A DNA stretch of 64,000 nt from Pseudomonadota bacterium (GTDB taxonomy: Bacteria; Pseudomonadota; Gammaproteobacteria; Burkholderiales; Thiobacteraceae): NCBI GenBank assembly GCA_021812385.1, contig JAKANO010000007.1, positions 12,512-76,511 on the forward strand, given 5' to 3'. The notes under the pieces were generated by a model. The model did not search any database. It was not told where the DNA came from and saw nothing but the letters and a program-made list of their open reading frames with translations. Made by a program: the position numbers and the translations under genes. Positions 38,799-48,446 of this stretch are shown here, in pieces. Every line of letters starts with the position of its first letter. Position 1 is the stretch's first letter.

Positions 38799-39602
38799 TC
38801 AAAAGAATGTCGACACCGCTGCATCCAGCGCATCGCGCATGTCGGGGTCGTCGGTGATCGGGCGCACCAGCGCGACGCGCGAAGCGGCCAGCGGGTTCAC
38901 GCCCTTGGCGATCAACGAGCCTGCGTAGATCAGCATGCGCGTCGACAAGCCTTCGTCCAGGCCGTGGCCCTTGAGGTTGCGGCTGCGCTCGGCGATCGAC
39001 ACCAGCTTGCCGGCGACTTCGGCGTTGACGCCGGATTCGTGCGCCACGATTTCGGTTTCGATGGCGTGGTCGGGATAGGTGAAATCCAGGCCGCCGAAAC
39101 GCTGCTTGGTGGACTGCTTCAAGTCCTTCATCAGCGATTGATAGCCGGGGTTGTAGGAAATCACAATTTGGAAATCCGGGTGGGCATGCACCAGCTCGCC
39201 CTTCTTTTCCAGCGGCAGCACGCGGCGGTTGTCGGTCAGCGGATGGATCACCACGGTGGTGTCCTGGCGCGCTTCGACCACTTCGTCCAGGTAGCAGATC
39301 GCGCCATGGCGCGCGGCGATGGCGAGCGGGCCATCTTGCCACTCGGTGCCGGAGGCGGACAGCAGAAAACGCCCGACCAAATCGGAGGCGGTCATGTCTT
39401 CGTTGCACGCCACGGTGATGAGCGGCTTGCCCAATTTGAAGGCCATGTATTCGACGAAGCGCGTTTTGCCGCAGCCGGTCGGGCCTTTCAGCATCATGGG
39501 CATGCGCACCGAGTAGGCGGCTTCGAACAGCTCGACCTCGTCGGCGACGGCACGGTAATACGGTTCTTTGGTGATGCGGTACTGATCGACGATAGTGCTC
39601 AT
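38799..39602 (-). CDS. cbbQ: RuBisCO activase AAA+ ATPase CbbQ, form I-associated
   Basis: 267 aa, Walker A GPTGCGKT, Walker [12 protein letters not shown]. Confidence 0.95.
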   Translation of the reverse strand: MSTIVDQYRITKEPYYRAVADEVELFEAAYSVRMPMMLKGPTGCGKTRFVEYMAFKLGKPLITVACNEDMTASDLVGRFLLSASGTEWQDGPLAIAARHGAICYLDEVVEARQDTTVVIHPLTDNRRVLPLEKKGELVHAHPDFQIVISYNPGYQSLMKDLKQSTKQRFGGLDFTYPDHAIETEIVAHESGVNAEVAGKLVSIAERSRNLKGHGLDEGLSTRMLIYAGSLIAKGVNPLAASRVALVRPITDDPDMRDALDAAVSTFF

Positions 39603-39674
39603 GAGGACTCCTCAAATAAAGGCTTATTTATCCACGAATGCCGTACGGCGGCTTGTGGTGCGGCATTCGCGGGC

Positions 39675-39712
39675 AAACAAAAAGCCCCCGCGCCCAGCGG
39701 GCGACGGGGGCT
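39675..39712 (-). terminator. Rho-independent terminator/attenuator after cbbS
   Basis: Minus-strand RNA AGCCCCCG..CGCCC-GCU-GGGCG..CGGGGGCU followed by UUUUGUUUG, 22 nt past the cbbS stop. Confidence 0.7.
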
Positions 39713-39733
39713 GGTACGGTCACCCGTCGCGAT

Positions 39734-40090
39734 TTAAACAGTCTTGCCGCGGTAGATCACCATCGACGCGCCTTGCGACTGATTGAAGTTGTTGTAGCCA
39801 ATCAGACGCACGTGGTTGTCGGGGTTAGCCTTGTGGCAGGCTTCGGCTTCGGCCAACACTTTGTCTACATCGGTTTCGCCGAACATCGGCAGTTTCCACA
39901 TATACCAGTAGGAGTCCATCAGGTGCTCCGGCTCGGTATGTTCGATAGCTGGGTTCCAGCCTTTTTTCACCAGGTACTCAACCTGCTGCTTGATCTGCTC
40001 CTTGGTCATCGCGGGCAGATAGGAGAAGGTCTCGAATTTGCGGCTGGCGGGGTCGCTTACGCGGCTTTTGTAATCCATTACTTCAGACAT
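39734..40090 (-). CDS. cbbS: RuBisCO small subunit (form IA type)
   Basis: 118 aa, FETFSYLP...[11 protein letters not shown]. Confidence 0.96.
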   Translation of the reverse strand: MSEVMDYKSRVSDPASRKFETFSYLPAMTKEQIKQQVEYLVKKGWNPAIEHTEPEHLMDSYWYMWKLPMFGETDVDKVLAEAEACHKANPDNHVRLIGYNNFNQSQGASMVIYRGKTV

Positions 40091-40113
40091 TTAAATTCCT
40101 TTCAAATTGATTA

Positions 40114-40182
40114 GGGGTCAGGCGTCAGGCGCCGGGCATCAGGGTTTTTCCTGAATCCCGAATCCTGAATCCCGAATCCTGA
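40114..40182. repeat. tandem-unit long hairpin element, GTCAGGC / GAATCCY type (E7)
   Basis: ggggtcaggcgtcaggcgccgggcatcaggg-ttttt-cctgaatcccgaatcctgaatcccgaatcctga. Abuts the cbbL stop codon. Confidence 0.7.
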
Positions 40183-41604
40183 TTACTTGTGCGCGACGTC
40201 CAACTTGTCGACGGTGTCGAATTCGAACTTGATTTCTTTCCACGTTTCCATGGCGATCTTCAGTTCGGGCGAATGCTTCGCGGCGTTGCTCAGGATGTCC
40301 TTGCCTTCTTTTTCGAGCTGACGGCCTTGGTTGCGCGCTTCTACGCAAGCTTCCAGCGCGACGCGGTTGGCAGCAGCACCTGCCGCATTGCCCCAAGGAT
40401 GGCCGAGCGTGCCGCCACCGAACTGCAAGCAAGCATCGTCGCCGAAAATCGAGACCAGCGCCGGCATGTGCCACACGTGAATACCGCCGGATGCAACCGG
40501 GAACACGCCCGGCATCGAACCCCAGTCTTGGTCGAAGAACAGGCCGCGCGAACGGTCTTCTTTGATGAAGCTGTCGCGCATGGTGTCGATCCAGCCCAGG
40601 GTTGCTTCGCGGTCGCCTTCCAGTTTGCCCACAACGGTACCGGAGTGCAGGTGATCACCACCCGACAGACGCAGTACTTTGGTCAACACGCGGAAGTGAA
40701 TACCGTGGTGCGGGTTGCGGTCGAGCACGGCGTGCATGGCGCGGTGGATGTGCAGCAACATGCCATTGTCGCGACACCAGTTAGCCAGGCCCGTATTCGC
40801 GGTCAAGCCGCCGGTCAGGTAGTCGTGCATGATGATCGGCGCGCCGAGTTCTTTAGCGAACTCAGCACGTTTGTACATCTCTTCCGGGGTCGGAGCGGTC
40901 ACGTTCAGGTAGTGGCCTTTACGCTCGCCGGTTTCACGCTCGGCCTTTTGGCAGGCTTCGACCACGAATTCGAAACGGTTGCGCCAACGCATGAAGGGCT
41001 GGCTGTTGACGTTCTCGTCGTCCTTGGTCAGGTCCAGACCGCCGCGCAGGCATTCGTACACCGCGCGACCGTAGTTCTTGGCGGACAAGCCCAACTTCGG
41101 CTTGATGGTGCAACCCAACAGGGCGCGGCCATACTTGTTGAAAATGTCACGCTCAACTTGGATACCTTGGGGTGGGCCGCCGCAGGTTTTAACGTAAGCG
41201 ATGGGGAAGCGCACGTCTTCCAAGCGCAGGGCGCGCAGCGCCTTAAAGCCAAACACGTTGCCGACCAGCGAGGTCAGCACGTTGACCACGGAGCCTTCTT
41301 CGAACAGGTCGATTGGGTAAGCCACGAAAGCATAGAAACAGGTATCGTCGCCCGGCACGTCTTCGATGCGATAGGCGCGGCCTTTGTAGTAGTCCAAATC
41401 CGTCAGCAGATCGGTCCACACCGTGGTCCAGGTGCCGGTGGACGATTCGGCGGCCACGGCAGCGGCAACCTCTTCACGCGGCACGCCCGCTTGCGGGGTG
41501 ATCTTGAAGCAAGCCAGCAAATCGGTATCCAGCGGAGTGTATTCCGGGGTCCAGTAAGTTTGCCGGTATTCTTTCACACCAGCGTTATAGGTTTTAACGG
41601 CCAT
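40183..41604 (-). CDS. cbbL: RuBisCO large subunit, form IA
   Basis: 473 aa, [28 protein letters not shown], signature [19 protein letters not shown]. Confidence 0.97.
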   Translation of the reverse strand: MAVKTYNAGVKEYRQTYWTPEYTPLDTDLLACFKITPQAGVPREEVAAAVAAESSTGTWTTVWTDLLTDLDYYKGRAYRIEDVPGDDTCFYAFVAYPIDLFEEGSVVNVLTSLVGNVFGFKALRALRLEDVRFPIAYVKTCGGPPQGIQVERDIFNKYGRALLGCTIKPKLGLSAKNYGRAVYECLRGGLDLTKDDENVNSQPFMRWRNRFEFVVEACQKAERETGERKGHYLNVTAPTPEEMYKRAEFAKELGAPIIMHDYLTGGLTANTGLANWCRDNGMLLHIHRAMHAVLDRNPHHGIHFRVLTKVLRLSGGDHLHSGTVVGKLEGDREATLGWIDTMRDSFIKEDRSRGLFFDQDWGSMPGVFPVASGGIHVWHMPALVSIFGDDACLQFGGGTLGHPWGNAAGAAANRVALEACVEARNQGRQLEKEGKDILSNAAKHSPELKIAMETWKEIKFEFDTVDKLDVAHK

Positions 41605-41692
41605 AACAACCTCCAGTCATTGAGAAGAAAATTCTGACGCCGCAATTTAGTCAGCGGCGTGAGTCACGAACTATAGGCAAGGTTTTGTATAA

Positions 41693-41727
41693 GCAACAGT
41701 GAATTGTTTTGATAATTACGATAAGAT
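41693..41727. promoter_or_regulatory. candidate CbbR operator (GCAACAG-T-GAATTG ... GATAAGAT)
   Basis: gcaacagtgaattg at 41693-41706 and gataagat at 41720-41727, in the cbbL-cbbR divergent region. Near-identical gcaacagaagaattgataagat lies upstream of tkt. Confidence 0.4.
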
Positions 41728-41758
41728 AATGCTGATGATAAGTCAGTAGGGTTTAAAT

Positions 41759-42664
41759 ATGCTGCATCTCACTTTTCGCCAGCTCTCCGTATTCGAGGCG
41801 GTCGCGCGCCACCTCTCCTATTCCCGCGCAGCGCAGGAGATGCACCTGACGCAGCCGGCGGTTTCGATGCAGATCAAGCAGTTGGAAGATAACGTCGGTA
41901 TGCCGCTGTTCGAACAGCTCGGTAAAAAGATTTATCTCACCGAAGCCGGGCGGGAACTATCTCACTATAGTCGAGTAATCGCGCAACAGTTGTCCGAAGC
42001 CGAGTCGGTGTTGAACGACCTGAAGGGCCTGCAACGCGGCCGTCTAAAAATATCGGTGGCGAGCACGGCCAACTATTTCGCGCCGCAATTGCTCGCCGTC
42101 TTCGGCCAGCGTTTTCCCACGGTGACCGTGAGCCTGGATGTGACCAACCGCCAAGCGTTGCTCGCGCAATTGGCGAACAACGAAATGGACATGGCCATCA
42201 TGGGCCAACCGCCGGAGGGCTTGGATCTGCTGGCCGAATCCTTCATGGAAAATCCGCTGATCGTCATCGCCCCGATCAATCACCCGCTCGCCAACGAAAA
42301 GAAAATCCCCCTCGCGCGCTTGCAAAGCGAAACCTTCTTGGTGCGCGAGCAAGGCTCCGGCACGCGCATCGCCATGGAGCGTTTCTTCAATCAGCATGGT
42401 ATTCAGTTGCAAGCAGGGATGGTCATGAGCAGCAACGAAGCGATCAAACAAGCGGTGCAAGCCGGCCTGGGCCTGGGGATTTTGTCGCTGCACACCATCG
42501 GCCTGGAACTCGAAACCAAGCGGCTGAAAGTGTTGGACGTCAAAGGCTTCCCCATCATGCGCCACTGGTATGTGGTGCACCGCAAAGATAAGCGGCTATC
42601 GACGGTGGCGCAGGCGTTTAAAGCGTTTTTGTTGACGGAGGCCAAGCAGATTTTGGGGCAATAA
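41759..42664 (+). CDS. cbbR: LysR-family regulator CbbR (form I locus)
   Basis: MLHLTFRQLSVFEAVARHLSYSRAAQEMHLTQPAVSMQIKQLEDNVG. Divergent from cbbL. Confidence 0.9.
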   Translation: MLHLTFRQLSVFEAVARHLSYSRAAQEMHLTQPAVSMQIKQLEDNVGMPLFEQLGKKIYLTEAGRELSHYSRVIAQQLSEAESVLNDLKGLQRGRLKISVASTANYFAPQLLAVFGQRFPTVTVSLDVTNRQALLAQLANNEMDMAIMGQPPEGLDLLAESFMENPLIVIAPINHPLANEKKIPLARLQSETFLVREQGSGTRIAMERFFNQHGIQLQAGMVMSSNEAIKQAVQAGLGLGILSLHTIGLELETKRLKVLDVKGFPIMRHWYVVHRKDKRLSTVAQAFKAFLLTEAKQILGQ

Positions 42665-42716
42665 GGAATCCAGAAAAACGCCGTCATTCCGGCGAAGGCC
42701 GGAATCCAGGGTTTTA
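42665..42716. repeat. REP-like hairpin (GTCATTCCGGCGAAGGCCGGAATCCAGGG), possible cbbR terminator
   Basis: Stem attccggc-gaag-gccggaat. ggaatccag is duplicated at 42665 and 42701. A short T-run follows. Confidence 0.5.
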
Positions 42717-42841
42717 AGATTCGCGACGAATCGGACGCCGATATGACGGCAAAGGTGTTTCCGCCGCTTCTGAAAGCATGGTCTTGCGGAAGGACTTTTA
42801 ACGGACTATATTAAGTCCTTAGCATTTATCCCGGAGCAGCC

Positions 42842-43117
42842 ATGCGCTACACAACGCAAATCAAATCCATCAGCTATCTGAAGGCGAATGCCGCCGAGGT
42901 GCTGGATCAGTTAACCGAGAAGCGCGAACCGCTCGTCATCACGCAAAACGGCGAGGCCAAGGCAGTCATGCAAGACGTGGCCTCCTATGACGAGACGCAG
43001 GAAACCCTCGCGCTGCTGAAAATCCTGGCGCTGGGCAACCGCGAAATAGAAGAAGGCAAAGTTAAGCCGATCGCCGAAGTGGTGAAGCGGCTGCGCAGCA
43101 AAAAAACGCGCGCCTGA
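42842..43117 (+). CDS. type II antitoxin, Phd/YefM family
   Basis: 91 aa, ISYLKANAAEVLDQLTEKREPLVITQNGEAKAVMQDVASYDE. Its stop overlaps the toxin start. Confidence 0.85.
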   Translation: MRYTTQIKSISYLKANAAEVLDQLTEKREPLVITQNGEAKAVMQDVASYDETQETLALLKILALGNREIEEGKVKPIAEVVKRLRSKKTRA

Positions 43118-43443
43118 TGCGGTTCAAGGTACTGCTCACCGCAGGCGCGGAAAGCGATCTAAATGATTTGCACGGCTATATCGCAGCGTATGATTCGCCA
43201 CAAAATGCCGACGACGTGCTGGATAAGCTGCTGGAAGTCGCCGAGAGCCTGGCCACTTTTCCGGAGCGCGGTTCGTATCCCCCGGAACTGTTGGCGCTTG
43301 GCATCCGCGAATATCGCCAGTCATTTTTCAAACCCTATCGGGTCATCTACCGCGTGATTGGCAAGCAAGTGATCATTTATGTGATCACCGATGGTCGGCG
43401 GGACATGAAGTCACTGTTGGCGCGCCGACTGCTCGGCGCGTAA
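43117..43443 (+). CDS. type II toxin, RelE/ParE family
   Basis: 108 aa, SFFKPYRVIYRVIGKQVIIYVITDGRRDM, typical ParE/RelE C-terminus. Confidence 0.85.
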   Translation: MRFKVLLTAGAESDLNDLHGYIAAYDSPQNADDVLDKLLEVAESLATFPERGSYPPELLALGIREYRQSFFKPYRVIYRVIGKQVIIYVITDGRRDMKSLLARRLLGA

Positions 43444-43630
43444 GCTCTACGGTTCAATCTTGCACTCAGGGCGGAATCTGGAATATTGCAACGCAAGTTG
43501 TAACATGCGAACTTGTTTTATTGTTGACAGTCTCAGTTCTATTTGAAAGCGGCCAGTCTTCGCTCAGAGCGGATCGGCAGCCATCGACCCTGAGCAGGCA
43601 TACGAGTTTTGGAAAGCAGACGTTCAGCGT

Positions 43631-44491
43631 TTAGCTTGAGGGGCCGCCCGGCCGCAGAGTGGGCGGGGAACCGCGGTCCTCTCGAAGCGATGGCTCGGTG
43701 CGGCTAACTTCATCGATTTCGAGTTCAAACTTGGTTGTTGAGATTCTCGCTTGGAATATCTTCGTTGGAATGTCTCGACTATCGACCCATTCAAGCACGT
43801 CGCGCTTGTCGTCCTCTCCGATAAGTGCTCCAAGAATGATCCCAACAAGTGCTTCCGGTGGAGTCTTATAGACCCCGGCGCCACGCTTGTACTGAATGAG
43901 ACGCCATTCTTGCTCGTACTCCCAATGATCAGACTTAGTGAATATCGCGTGATCAAGCATTTCATCGTGACTTTGCGAAACAGGGTTTACAACTGGCCGC
44001 ACTGCTTTGTAGCGAACCGGTTGTGAAGACTCGAATGCGTTCCCTATTGCGAAGAACTGAAGGCAAATACCTCGATGTGAATTGGCATAATGTGACCACA
44101 TTAATATGTCTTTCGGAGTGGCTGACAAACAGAGGACGCCTATCTTTGATGTAACAATTTCATCGTACATCTGATGGAAGGGCCCAAGGTTCCTCGGGTC
44201 ACGTGGATCAGAGTTTGGATCACTAACCTTGGCTCTGGCTTCGGCGCGGCGCTGCTCCCGGCTCATGTGCGGAGCCTGACGAGATATGACTCCTTCGTAG
44301 TACTTGATTAGGTCCGCTTTGGTGGCATCAAACTTGAATACCGGTCGACAGTCAAATGGATCGTTGAACGCATTAGGAGATGAGAAGTAGTGCATCGAGT
44401 TCAGTATCGAATCCTTTGCCCACTCTTTAAATTTTCCGTCCAAGCTGCGGTATCGGTATAGATGCTGGGGCGATTCGGCTATGTCGTCCAT
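43631..44491 (-). CDS. DUF2971-like protein
   Basis: 286 aa, N-terminal LYRYRSL...HYFSSPNAFNDPFDC matches my recollection of the DUF2971 signature. AT-richer than the host genes. Confidence 0.65.
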   Translation of the reverse strand: MDDIAESPQHLYRYRSLDGKFKEWAKDSILNSMHYFSSPNAFNDPFDCRPVFKFDATKADLIKYYEGVISRQAPHMSREQRRAEARAKVSDPNSDPRDPRNLGPFHQMYDEIVTSKIGVLCLSATPKDILMWSHYANSHRGICLQFFAIGNAFESSQPVRYKAVRPVVNPVSQSHDEMLDHAIFTKSDHWEYEQEWRLIQYKRGAGVYKTPPEALVGIILGALIGEDDKRDVLEWVDSRDIPTKIFQARISTTKFELEIDEVSRTEPSLREDRGSPPTLRPGGPSS

Positions 44492-44507
44492 GAGACGCCT
44501 AACAAGG

Positions 44508-44658
44508 CTGTAGAAAAACCCCTTGAGGGGTCAAATGAGAAAAATTGCGGGGGTCACAAAACCCCTCCCGAACATGAGATCGTCGAATACAGCGCGTTTT
44601 GAGAGGTCGACTTTGGCGCATGATGTCGCTCATTTTTCAGAGTTGAGTTTTTCTACAG
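44508..44658. repeat. 12 bp perfect inverted repeat bracketing a hairpin-rich spacer between the two island genes
   Basis: ctgtagaaaaac (44508-44519) and gtttttctacag (44647-44658). The interior carries ccccttgagggg and ggggtcacaaaacccc hairpins. Confidence 0.6.
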
Positions 44659-44724
44659 GCTCAACGTGCAAGCTCAGGAACGCGAAGCCGGCTTGCCCGC
44701 GGAGCGTCCCACTGGAGCGGAACG

Positions 44725-45864
44725 TTAGGCATGGACGTCCTCACCTGAAACAAGATCAGTAATTCCAGAATACTGATGGCGCAAAACGCTCGTTGTCGTG
44801 CTTTGGTCGAAGTAAGTGAAATCCGGGTTGAAAGGCGTTTCTAGATGAATGTAAATGGACGCAAGAAGGGACGAGATGGTTGAGTCGCGGTCGAGGAATG
44901 GAACTCGGTCCGCGCCGTATCTTACGAAGCGCCCTCTGTTTGTCGAGTATCCAAAACCGGAAGCCTTGTCGATCACGTATCCGCATGGAGTCACGACGCA
45001 GTCGTTATAAATGTAAGCGCCGGTTAGCAATGGAATTGAACGAGTTTCTAGCTCGACCTTCGTTAGACGATCTCGGTAGACTCCCACGATGGTCTTGCGG
45101 AGAAGTTCTCCGTTGCATACTGCTTTTCCAGCCTCGCTCACGTACACGTCCCAGCCCATCAGATGGAACGAAGGCGAATGCAGTTTTTCTCGTCCCCAGC
45201 GCTCGCTGTAGTCGCTGTATTGGTTCCACTTCCGACCGAGGTCAAGAAAACTATCAAGCGTGCTAATAACTGAGTCTCTCTTCAGGTAGCCCTTTACCTC
45301 TACAACAGCACGAACAGACTCTGGCCTTACAACTACAAACTCGCCATCACGAAAAATCGGGGGGAAGTTGTGATCGTCGAAAACAATAATATCGAGTTGG
45401 TGAGAGACATAATGCTCTTTGAGATTCCAAAGGTCTGTGTTGTCACCCGCATTCTCACGCAAATGGCTTTCTCGCGTGAATGCAATAAACCCCGTTCCGA
45501 CGCTATAGCGCCTAGGAATAAATTGCTCTATACACGTCCTCAGCAGCGATTCCTTATATCGCCCAACGCTCGGCTCGTGGGATGTTCCAATGATTTGTGC
45601 GAGTCGATTAACCTTCGTGGAAAATTCTTCGCCGATCATGCCTGCGTATGCAGTGAGGTCGCCTTCTTTCGAAGCAAGGTAGCGTCTTCTCGAATCTTCG
45701 CTTTCGCTTACCACAGTGCCTCCGAATGCCTGACGGTTAATCAATAGACCCGGATATCTATTAATATAGAGACAGCAATCACGGGGTCTTGTCTTGGTGA
45801 TTCTTAGTGATCGTTCGATCTTCGATCCGGTTATTGCGCTAGGCAAAAGGAGACCGGATACCAA
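44725..45864 (-). CDS. PD-(D/E)xK nuclease-like protein (DUF6602-like core) with uncharacterised C-terminal half
   Basis: GRYKESLLRTCIEQFIPRRYSVGTGFI ... HQLDIIVFDD ... VRAVVEVKGYL gives a D...E-x-K arrangement. The ~160 aa C-terminal half has no motif I recognise. Start uncertain: no RBS at 45864, and the next Met is codon 76. Confidence 0.6.
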   Translation of the reverse strand: MVSGLLLPSAITGSKIERSLRITKTRPRDCCLYINRYPGLLINRQAFGGTVVSESEDSRRRYLASKEGDLTAYAGMIGEEFSTKVNRLAQIIGTSHEPSVGRYKESLLRTCIEQFIPRRYSVGTGFIAFTRESHLRENAGDNTDLWNLKEHYVSHQLDIIVFDDHNFPPIFRDGEFVVVRPESVRAVVEVKGYLKRDSVISTLDSFLDLGRKWNQYSDYSERWGREKLHSPSFHLMGWDVYVSEAGKAVCNGELLRKTIVGVYRDRLTKVELETRSIPLLTGAYIYNDCVVTPCGYVIDKASGFGYSTNRGRFVRYGADRVPFLDRDSTISSLLASIYIHLETPFNPDFTYFDQSTTTSVLRHQYSGITDLVSGEDVHA

Positions 45865-46066
45865 TGCATTATGCCCATGTTTTGGATGGTCAGCTATGGC
45901 TGCGAACTGCGAACTGTGTCGCTGAATGACCGGTATAGGGAAACTGCTCAGTCGTCCGCTCCTGGCACTGAGTTGCCTGACTCAGTGCCAATCGGATCGT
46001 CCCATGACGCTGCGAAGCAGACCTAAGCGCGCAAATCATGGACACATAATTTGTGTGCTTCTAGTC

Positions 46067-47260
<1,194 letters not shown>

Positions 47261-47303
47261 TCAATGCTCCGGATTTTTATTAGTGATTCGGGTAGGGCAC
47301 ACC

Positions 47304-47603
47304 TTACTCGTCTTCATCCTCGTCAAACGCTTCGTCATCATGGGTGTCGATGAGTTCTTGAATATCGTCGACAAACATGCCGCCGCCACTGTTGTAATCC
47401 TCAATGGTTTTAGAAGATAGGTGCAGTACTTCAACGGCAACGTGCTCGCAGGCATATTGATTGATTCTTTGAAACAGCGTTTCCATGAACTGCGCAAACG
47501 TGATGTCGATATCGACGGTTGCATAGGCATCGTCCAATGCATTCTGCGCAATGGCTTCGAAATATTCTTTAACAGAGTTGATGGCTTGTTCGTCTAAGTC
47601 CAT
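47304..47603 (-). CDS. small highly acidic hypothetical protein
   Basis: 99 aa, C-terminus DDIQELIDTHDDEAFDEDEDE. 18 nt after the NYN gene and 43 nt before metK. AT-richer than the neighbours. Confidence 0.55.
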   Translation of the reverse strand: MDLDEQAINSVKEYFEAIAQNALDDAYATVDIDITFAQFMETLFQRINQYACEHVAVEVLHLSSKTIEDYNSGGGMFVDDIQELIDTHDDEAFDEDEDE

Positions 47604-47621
47604 AAGGGTTTCCTTTCACTT

Positions 47622-48437
47622 TCATTCTTCGGTTGCTGGTAATCGTATCGTGTACTGGCCGGATTTCTCGTGGCGTACCACCGTCAGCAAGTGCTTCTTT
47701 TGTGCGTCCTCGACTAAATCCTTGAAGGAGCGATAGTCATAGGATGATTCGGTAAAGCCGGGCCTGCGCCGTTGCATGGTGGTCTTGACCAGCGAGCCCC
47801 AGATATTTTCATCCGAGCCGCGTTCCGCAATCAAGGCCTCTACGGTCTCCACAATAAAATCCAAGGCCTCTTGGCGTTTTTCCGACTCGCCCTTGATGGC
47901 GGTGGTTTTCTTGTCTTTGGCGGGTGCTTTCTTGGCTTTGCGTTTTTGTTGCGCTTCCTGCTCGCGCACCAAGTCATCATAAAAAATAAATTCGTCGCAA
48001 TTGGCGCTGAGCAAGTCCGAGGTGGAATCCTTCACGCCGATGCCGATCACGTGTTTATTGTTCTCGCGCAGCTTGGAGACCAGCGGCGAGAAGTCCGAGT
48101 CGCCGCTGATGATGACGAAAGTATCCACGTGCGATTTGGTGTAGCACAGGTCCAGCGCATCCACCACCATGCGGATATCCGCCGAGTTTTTGCCGGATTG
48201 CCGCACATGCGGAATCTCGATCAGCTCGAACGCCGCTTCATGCATGGTGGCCTTGAAATCCTTGTAGCGCTCCCAATCGCAATAGGCTTTTTTCACGACG
48301 ATGCTGCCCTTGAGCAGCAGGCGTTCCAGCACTTTCTTGATATCGAACTGCGCATATTTGGCGTCGCGCACGCCTAAAGCGATATTTTCAAAATCGCAAA
48401 ACAGCGCCATGTTGGTGATTTCGATTTGACCGGCCAT
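47622..48437 (-). CDS. NYN (LabA-like) ribonuclease domain protein with C-terminal OST-HTH/LOTUS domain
   Basis: ALFCDFENI...SADIRMVVDALDL...FVIISGDSDFSPLV (NYN acidic residues). Lys-rich linker. C-terminal region IWGSLVKTTMQRRRPGFTESSYDYRSFKDLV is OST-HTH-like. Confidence 0.8.
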   Translation of the reverse strand: MAGQIEITNMALFCDFENIALGVRDAKYAQFDIKKVLERLLLKGSIVVKKAYCDWERYKDFKATMHEAAFELIEIPHVRQSGKNSADIRMVVDALDLCYTKSHVDTFVIISGDSDFSPLVSKLRENNKHVIGIGVKDSTSDLLSANCDEFIFYDDLVREQEAQQKRKAKKAPAKDKKTTAIKGESEKRQEALDFIVETVEALIAERGSDENIWGSLVKTTMQRRRPGFTESSYDYRSFKDLVEDAQKKHLLTVVRHEKSGQYTIRLPATEE

Positions 48438-48446
48438 GATTACCTC

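Noticed and set aside
44523-44762. 79 aa plus-strand ORF in the spacer between the two island genes.
   Set aside because: It has no RBS and its 3' end overlaps the nuclease-like gene on the other strand. Its composition is unremarkable. It is kept only as part of the structured-spacer finding.
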